A stretch of DNA of 64,000 nucleotides from Kiritimatiellia bacterium (GTDB lineage Bacteria > Verrucomicrobiota > Kiritimatiellia > RFP12 > UBA1067), in contig JAZRVL010000043.1 of the NCBI GenBank assembly GCA_045599105.1, forward strand, positions 1,103 through 65,102, written 5' to 3'. This document shows positions 1-9,000 of the stretch, piece by piece. Position numbers and translations under genes: made by a program. Below the pieces are notes generated by a model that was not told the origin of the DNA, ran no database searches, and worked only from the letters and a program-made list of their open reading frames with translations. Positions within the stretch are counted from its first letter, which is position 1, and each line of letters starts with the position of its first letter.

Positions 1-3000
1 AATAATGTCACTGTTATTGTTAAGTATTCCGGGCTGACGACGACGGCGGTTGCAAATCCCACAATTTTGATTGCCAACAAGGTTGTTACCAGCGATGGCT
101 CATCGACCAAGTGCAATAATACCGGTATCTTGCTTACCGCGAATAATTCGAACAAGGCGACGATTTATTACGATGGCACGATTCGCACCGATAACAATTT
201 GACGCTTGTCGGTTCGACGAAACAGCCGATTCCCGCTGAGTCCGGTCGATTCGTCTATTCCTACAATGCGGGCAGTGCTACGGGCATGTACTTTGGCGAA
301 AATGGCGGAGCATTGGATGGCAGCAAGGATGAAGGTGTGAAATGGCGCGACTGCCCCTTGAAGAGCATTTCGATCGGTTCGTATCGTAGCGAAGGCAGCA
401 AGCCTACTAATGCCCAGCCGGCAACCGGCATGAAGATCGAGAAGATTGCGGTTATTGCTGGAACCTCCTACCTTGATGCGAGCGGTATGAACGAGCTTGC
501 CGCTTATACGTTCCCCGGCGATCCGGTTGCGATGTGGGACAAGGATTTCTCGGCCAACACTCCGACCACGTTGGGCAGTGGCTATACGTTAGATGTTAAT
601 GGTAACAGCAAAGCTTCGGATGATACCTATCTTGAGGTTACTAGAAGTGGCACGACAGTTGGCGGTCTTCGTTTTGTAAGCAGCGACTGGACCAGTACGG
701 CAACGGAGAATGCAACCGTTATTTTCAAAGTAACAGACCTTTCTGCAACCATAAATAATGAGTTCTTGATTTCGATGCATCACACATCGACTTCTGATGC
801 GCAAAATGATCCAAATGGAATTTATCTTGCGACTGGGCTTGTTCCGAAGCGTGTTGGCGGCGGTGGAATGAAGGCGGACGGAGTTACTATGGCGACGGGT
901 GTGACCTCGCTTGATACAACTGCTACAGAGCGTATTTTGGCTTTTGTTTGGCGCAAGAGCGGCGGTATGACGCTGTTTGAGACGGTTGGCGGAACTTGCA
1001 AGAAAATTTGCGATGTTATCAATCAAAGAAACGATATCAAGTTTGGCGGGTTTACTATCGGTGCAGCCAAGGCGTCGGGTGGAAATATGAATGCTGCGAA
1101 CGGAATGAAAGTTCATTCGCTGGCGGTTTTCAATGAGGCCCTTACCGCTGATCAGATTGGCGCGTTCATGTTCCCGAGTGATAAGCCAGATCCATTCATC
1201 GAGCCGGATGGGACTGGAGAGGATGAGAATGGAGTAACACCCAGTTTTTGGTATCAGTTCAACGGCAATACTACTGGATTGGGGCCGATCGCTGGAATAG
1301 GTAACTTGGGCACGGAATATGTAACGGATCGTGGCGGTCAAGAGAAGAAAGCGATTAAGGTTGCGAATGGTGTTGCTGATAATAATTCAACAACTGAACC
1401 CAAAACAAATCTGGCATCAAATTCTACAGAGAATCAGCCGTTTACGGTTTCGTGTATCGCCAAGATTACGCCGATAGCTGACAACAAGGCGCTACTTTGG
1501 TGCTTTGGCTCAAATAACGACAATATACTCCTCGTTGCCGATACTGAAAACAAGCAGATTGAAATCATTTATAATAACTCAAATATCAAGTATGAGATTA
1601 GCGTTCCTGATATAACAGAGACATTCCATACTTATGTTTTTGTCGGGCGCCAGAATAATACGACTGATTTTTATGTTGATGGTGAGAAGCAGACACGAGT
1701 TGGCGGCTGGTATCCAAATACAACAAAGACAGCGTTTGGTCTTGCGTCGTTTGGTTTGGCGAATGGTAGCGTATTTTCTGTTTCGGGCATCAAGGGCGCT
1801 ATCGGCTCCTACATCGATGACTTCCGCGTCTATCGCGGCGTTGCGCTTACCGACGAACAGGTCGCGAAGATTGGCAAGAATATGTACAGCCCTGTCCCGA
1901 CCAAGGCGACGGCAACGGTGGGCGGCGAAACTCTTTGGAGCGAAATTCAGTGGAAAGATGGCGTTAAGCCGAGTGCGGAGTTGCCTGCTGAAATTACAGT
2001 TAATAATGGCGTAATGCTTTATATGGATGGCGAAGTTGATGCTAAGAGCATTACTTTCAAGGGTACGGGCACTGTATTAATCACGGACTATTTTCTTACC
2101 CCACCGACCTACAATGTAGATCAAATCACTTCTGAACTTATAATTTCTTTGGCAACCGCAAGTTCGCTTAATGTCGATGCAGGAGCAAATAATCTCTCTT
2201 ATAGTTATAGTGGTGAAGACGAGATCTCTCCAACGCTGTCAACTACTGGCACGCTTAAGATTGATGAAGGTTCGATTGCGCTTACGGATGTGGTTGCGAA
2301 TTGCCACCTCAACATTGCCCAAAACGCGACCTTGAAGTTGAATCTTTCCGCTGCAAAGACGATTAATGGTATCGAAGGCACGGGTACGTTCGTCAAGGAA
2401 GGGTCGGGCACATTAAACGTGATAAACAAAGTTAATAATGGCTTTGCGGTTGATGGCACCACGATTCAGATTGATGGCGGCACATTTAACCTTGATGGTC
2501 ATAATAATGGTGATGCTCAAGCGAAGAATGCAACGTTTGTTATCGGTGCTAATGGATCGCTTGCGCAGTATGCTTGGTACAATTTGTATGGAACAATTGT
2601 TTTTGACAATGCAACGGATAAGACTGTTTTGGGTTCAAATGTTCGCACGAACAATGATCTTGCATTCGTTAAGCGTGGCGCAGGGAAGTTGACTTTTGCA
2701 TCCTCGCTTGGTTCTGGTGGTAATTGTAATGGTATTCAGAGCGTAACGGTTGAAGCTGGTAATATCCACTTTAACAACACTGATGTTTTAAGCCCAACGA
2801 CTCTCGCGCTTGATTTCTCGGCGCTGGTTACCGACGCAACGCCAATCGACGGGAACTTCAACGTCAATGGTTTGTCGTCGATTCGCTTCCCTGAAGGTTT
2901 GGCGGAAAATACGCCATTCACGCTTTGCACGGGCACGCTTACCGCGCCTGAGACGGATGATACGGCGAGTGTCTATGTCGGAGAAGTTCTGAAGAAAAAT

Positions 3001-6000
3001 GCAACTTTGACCTATAGCGCGGACAACAAAACCGTCAGCTATAGTATGCCGACGACTCAAGATGTGGAGATTTCTGGTGGTGCGGTTACATTGCAGGATA
3101 TTATTGATGCGGTCGAAGCAAAGAGTGAGGGATGGACTGGGGACGTCAAGGTGATGCTTGATAGCGGCGCGACCTTGACCATTGACAATATGACGGTTGC
3201 GTACCCCAAGATCTTCTTGGTGAGCGAGGGTAGTGTCGCGATTGCGTCCTCCGATACAACCAACTTCGCCAAACTCAACTTCAATGATGTTGCGGGCGAC
3301 ATTACGATTACTACGGCGATTGCGCTTGACTTTAATGCGGGTAGCCGCAATTTGACCTACAACTACACGGGTTCGGGCGAGATTTCGCCAGCGATTGCGA
3401 CGACGGGTTCGCTAACGCTCGGTGCGACGAATAGTGGCGTGTTTGCGCTTACATCCAAGATTTCCAGCAATCTTACCATTAATCAAGGCGCGACGGTGAA
3501 GGTAATGTATAATAACCGCACTGCGATTGAGGGTGTTGCGTTAAGCGGCAAGGGTACGATTATCTTTGATGCGAATAACCAAGGAAACGATTCAGACATT
3601 ACGACATATATTAAGTGCACCTTTAGCAACGCATGGGAAGGTGTGTTCTGGTTAAAGAACTGCCGTGGTACCGGTTGCGAGCGCTCTCCTTGGAAGCTCG
3701 GTACGGTGAATTCGATTGTCCGCTACACGAACTGCTCTGGTTGGACGCGTACGACGTCTACATCTGGAGCATTTGAGGCGACGGTTGAGTTTGAGGACGA
3801 TGGAAATAATCTTGCGCTCATAATCGAGAACGGTAGTTCGGGTTGGGGGGCAGATAAGACGGTCATCTACAATAAGTTCATTGGTACTGGTACCTTTAAG
3901 TATAATTGGAGCAATAAGTATCCAATTATCGTTCGCGATCTTTCTGGGTTTAACGGCACTATCAATATGGCGAAGAACAGCGCCGGACTTACTGTAAGCC
4001 CGACAGCGGCTTTTGCCGACATTACCGAGAACAATGGTAAGATTACAATTGCTGCGAATGGCGTAGCCAACATCGCGTCGGGTAAGACATGGAATGCGGT
4101 CAGCGGCATTGATGTAAACGGTACGATTGGCGGCACGGGCATTTTGGGCGATAACACCACCTTCGGCGCTGGTGCGACCCTTGATGCGACGAAGGGCACG
4201 CTCTCGCTTGCTTCGGGCAAGACCGTGACTTTTGGCGTTACCTTGAACATTACGGGTATTACCGCTCTTACGGAAGATGCGGCAGTCAAGGTTTTGGGCG
4301 GAACTTTCTCGTCTCAATTGCTTATCAATTGCCGCGTGACGATTGGTGGTAGCAACAATTACATCCTTGAACAGCGGACGGATGGTATTTATGTTGCTAC
4401 GGCGACCGAAGGCGATACTTACACCTTTAGCAATGAAGAGAAGGCAGCAATCTCGCAGATTGAGCTTGGTGGAGTGTATTCGACTGCGGTTAAGCAGTTT
4501 GGCATCACGAAGCTTGAGAATGTTCCTGATGGCTATCTTGCCTGGGCGGAAGGCATTAATATCTATGCCGCCAAGAAGTCGGACTCGATTAGTATCAAGT
4601 TTACGCCTGCTTCGGCGAAAGAAGGTACAATCGCTACGACCGATACGAATGTTGGTGGCTTCCCAGTTGCGGGTAAGTTCTGGAATCACTCCAAGATCAG
4701 CACCCAGACGACCGTGAATGCTGGCATCACCGAGGTGTTCTACCTGAAGGACGGCAATGGCGAAGATGCGGTCGATCCTGACAGCAACAAGACCGTCTGC
4801 TACTACTACGCGCCGAATATGTACGACACCAATCAGCGCAATATCAATGGACGTGATAAGCAGACGACTGGTAACGGCAAACTCACCTATTCGTACTTCG
4901 ACGATCCAAATGTGGCGAAGACGTTCCCGCTCGTAATTGGAACGTTGGACGAAATTGAATATTCGCTCCCCGGCTCGCCGAGCGGGAACCTTGGTTGGGA
5001 AGTGGCGATCAAGAATATTCCTTACCAAATCTTCGACCTCTACATCTATCAGGCTTCCGACTCGAGTGGTACAATCAAGTTGATGCCGATTGCGGTTCGT
5101 GCAAATGATGGCGACTGGAAGTATTTCGGCGGCGATGGCCAAGGATCGACGATTCCAGTTGCGGCGAACGTGACTTGGAGCGGAGCGCCATATTGTGACG
5201 AGCCAACGATGGTCGAGGGCACGAACTATATCCGCTATCGTATGTCGCGCGCGGCGCTCGGACTTGGCGACGATGAGAAGATTGAGACCGTCTATCTCTC
5301 GCATCCCGACCGCCATGATGGAGCTCGTCTCGGCCTTGCGGGTGTCCAGATTGTTCAGGTGTTGAACGATGGCTACTTCTTCCGCAATGCTGAGTGCGAA
5401 AGCACCGATTGGATTGCGGATGGTGCATGGAAGAATGGTGCGGACGAGATTTCGCCTTGGATGAATCGTGATGATGCGACCAAGAATGATGCGCATGCAA
5501 CGATTGATGCGGACGAAATTAATACGATTAACATCAATGGTGAAATTATCGCGAATGAGGTGATTCTTAAGAATACTGCGCCAGGAGACGGTGAGGATGA
5601 GCCAGTATTTACCTTCACCGCGTCGGAAGATTGCTCGCTTGCTTCGCCGATTGATGCGACGGGCTTCCACGGCAAGCTCGTCCTTTGCCAGGGCATGTCG
5701 GGTGTCGTTACCCTCGGGGACAATGTGTATATTGAGATTAACGTTCCTGCCAATACCGAGAAGAATCTTGAGGAATTCATTCCTTCTGGAATTACTATTA
5801 GCGGTGGCAATGTTAATGTCATTGGCTCTGGTACTCTCGTTTGTGAAAATAGACTTCCGTCGGATGCCGTCGCGCTTCAAGGTGCAGACTGGACTGGTAC
5901 GCTGTGGCTCAAAAATTATACTTGGGAAGATTGGGGCTTTGGCGCCAAGGGAACCATGAACAGCAAGATTAAGGTTACTGGTGTTAAGGGCTATGGACCG

Positions 6001-9000
6001 AACTCCACGGGCGGTGGAGCGAACCCAGAACTCATCCTTGAAGATAATAATGACGTTAAGGCGCTCTTGGTGACGGATGGTTATGGTAATAAGGATTATT
6101 TCTTCCGCAAGGTGACGGGCAGCGGTACCTTCGGTTGGGATCCAGCCGCAACGGCTGGACCGCAGAATGGTCACAACTACATCTTCAAGGATGTTTCTGG
6201 TTTCACGGGCGTATTTGATGCTGGCGCCTATTTGAGGATTGTCGTCGGCGAAACGGCTGCAGGCACTGAGAAGGGCTCGATTACGTTCGCGAACGGCGTA
6301 ACGATCAAGCCGAATAACTGGACGGCGAAGAAAGCATATTTCGGCGCAACGCTTAATCTCGTTAGCGCGAATGTTAATGATGTAATTGTGTCGGGTCTTG
6401 ACACCGATCCAGGGACGCTTCCAGCAATTACCGTTGGTGGTGTGGAGACCATGTTTGCGCTGAAGTATGATAATGGCACGGTTAAGGTCGTGGCAGCGGA
6501 GGAAATTGAGATTACTGGCGAAGCCAGCATCTCCGCAATCAATGAACAGGCGGGATCAATCCCAGCAATCGTTACCATCAAGGGCGAAAACGCCGCCGTT
6601 AAGTTCGACGCAACTCCCAACGCAAGCATTAAGTTCGTCGCGGGTGAAGGCGCAACCGTTCTTAAGTTCGTTCCAGATGCAGACAGTCGGTTTGTATCGC
6701 TTGCCGAGATTAAGCAGTTCACGTACACGGGCTTCACGTCCTTCAAGTATGATTGGGCGGCAGGCGAGGTGATTTCGCTCAACTTCGGCTCGAACGAGCC
6801 GGATGCGTCGATGTCGGGCAGCGGTAAGACCGATACCTTCGCGGGCACGCAGATTCCGGATGCGAGCTGGATTAACCTTACGGGCGGTTCGGGCACGGAT
6901 GTCGCAGTCGGTAAGTACTACGATTCGGTTGGCGACGAGACCATCGATATCAGCGGTATGACGGTTACATACGCTGGCGGTCGTGATGGTACGTGGGCTC
7001 CTGGTAATACATCAGACACATATCGATTCATGAATGGGTATCTTGATGATGAAAACAATACTCATACGACGGTTACGGTAAAGAATGTGCCGTTTGCAAC
7101 ATACGATGTCATCGTCTATATGCAGGGTGACACAACCGATCGTCCGTTTACTCCGATTTCGGTGACGAGTAATGATGAGACGAAGATTTATACCTATGTT
7201 GGAGACGAGATTCAAGAGGGCAACTTTACTGAATCGAATGACTGGGGTGGTGGAAATCACGCAGAGATTTCGTATGAATATAACGTCCTTCGCATTACGG
7301 GAGTGAGTGGCGATGCTACGATTGCTCCGCTTGCTATGGCCAATAAAGCGAATCGTCGTACGACGCTTGCTGCGATTCAGATCGTCAATACGGGCAATCA
7401 GCTTCGTACGACTTGGACCGGCGCGGCCAATGATGGCGCGTGGGATACGGCCGGTAACTGGGATAATGGCGTCCCGACCGCTGACTCGATCGCGGTGATT
7501 CCTGTTTCGTCTCCGAACGATCAAATTACCGTCACTGCAAATTCGACAGCAAAACTGCTCGTAGCTGAGACTTACCTGACTGGACTTACGCTTAAAGGTG
7601 CAGGGGCATGGTTTGGTGGTATTGACGGTAGTAGCCCAATAGGTATTAACAATACTGACACGACTAATCCAATTACAATTAGCGGAACCATTAGCGGCAC
7701 TCCAGTGATTGGTTCTATTACACTCACTGTTGATGCTGGTGTAGTAGAATTTGATGATGTAAATTGCACTGTCAATATTCATTTGCAAGGTGGCGCAACT
7801 TTGGCGGGTAATGGTACGATAAATAGCATCATGCTTGAGAGGGATGCAATCCTTAAGCCGGACGCGGATGGATTCGTGGTTACAGGTTCGTGGGCGCAGG
7901 ATTCTGGTGAAGAGCATAAGACCATTAAGGTCGATGGTTCGCTCATTACCGCTGAAGAAGCCGAAGATCAGCTTACGCTTATCTCGCTTGGCACGGATTG
8001 CACGGGCATCATCAACGACTTCACCGCGCAGAACTTCGCGGAAGGCATCGTAGTCAGCAAGACCGCGGACAACAAGTCCATCGTCGCTACTCGCAACATC
8101 AATGTCACGATTCCGACGCTCGAAAATGCGGAGCCGACGGTGGTTGCGGATGGCGAGACGATTACGATTACGGGCGGCGTTGCCGCTATTCCGTATGGAA
8201 CTGCGAGCTTGACGGTTACTTACACGGCAAATCCGGGCTACTTCTTCGCGGATGGCTCGACCACGAAGGTGTTTAACTACACGAATGTAACGACCGCTCC
8301 GATGATCGATGTCACTACTATCCCAGTAACCTTGGGCGAAGCGGTAAGTGCGAATGAGCAGATGGAGTTTGTTTATCATCAGACTTTAGCTGGGGCATTC
8401 GCACGTTCGGACGCCATGAAAATTATGCTCATGAAGAATGTCACGCTCACCGAGCCAGTTAGCATCGGCTGCTCCCCCGTGCACTTGGACTTCAATGGCT
8501 TCACAATCTCTGGTGCATTTGCCAATGGTGCTGTTCTCACAGTCCCCAACGGCAAGCAGATTTATTTGGAGAACAATCAAGAATGTGACGCGATTGGTGG
8601 TATTGCCAATACGGCAGGCGGTCTCTCCATTGATAATGCGGGTGCTGTCGATATTAAAAATGTCGATATTGTTGGAGATGTCAGCACTACGGCTGTTAAC
8701 GGAAGCATTCGTGGCCAAACGTATATAGAGTATATGTTCGCGCCAACGTCCACCGTAAACTTTATTCTTGATACGCCGTTTATGCAGTCCGCCCCACAAG
8801 TGTGGGTTGCAAAGGCGAATACAAGTGAAAATGTCACTGTAGATGGTGAAATGAAGCTTGTCACATACGACGGATATTACTATCTTCGTAATGTTCAAAT
8901 AAATAGCACCGCGCAGCCAGACTTCAACATTTATTATGTTGTTTCGCTGTCCAGAATTGCACTTGTGGAATTTACCGATATTGTTAATGTGACAGTTGAT

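Noticed and set aside
3652-8379. 840-aa and 455-aa minus-strand ORFs
   Set aside because: Same shadow effect; they fully overlap a convincing + strand gene.
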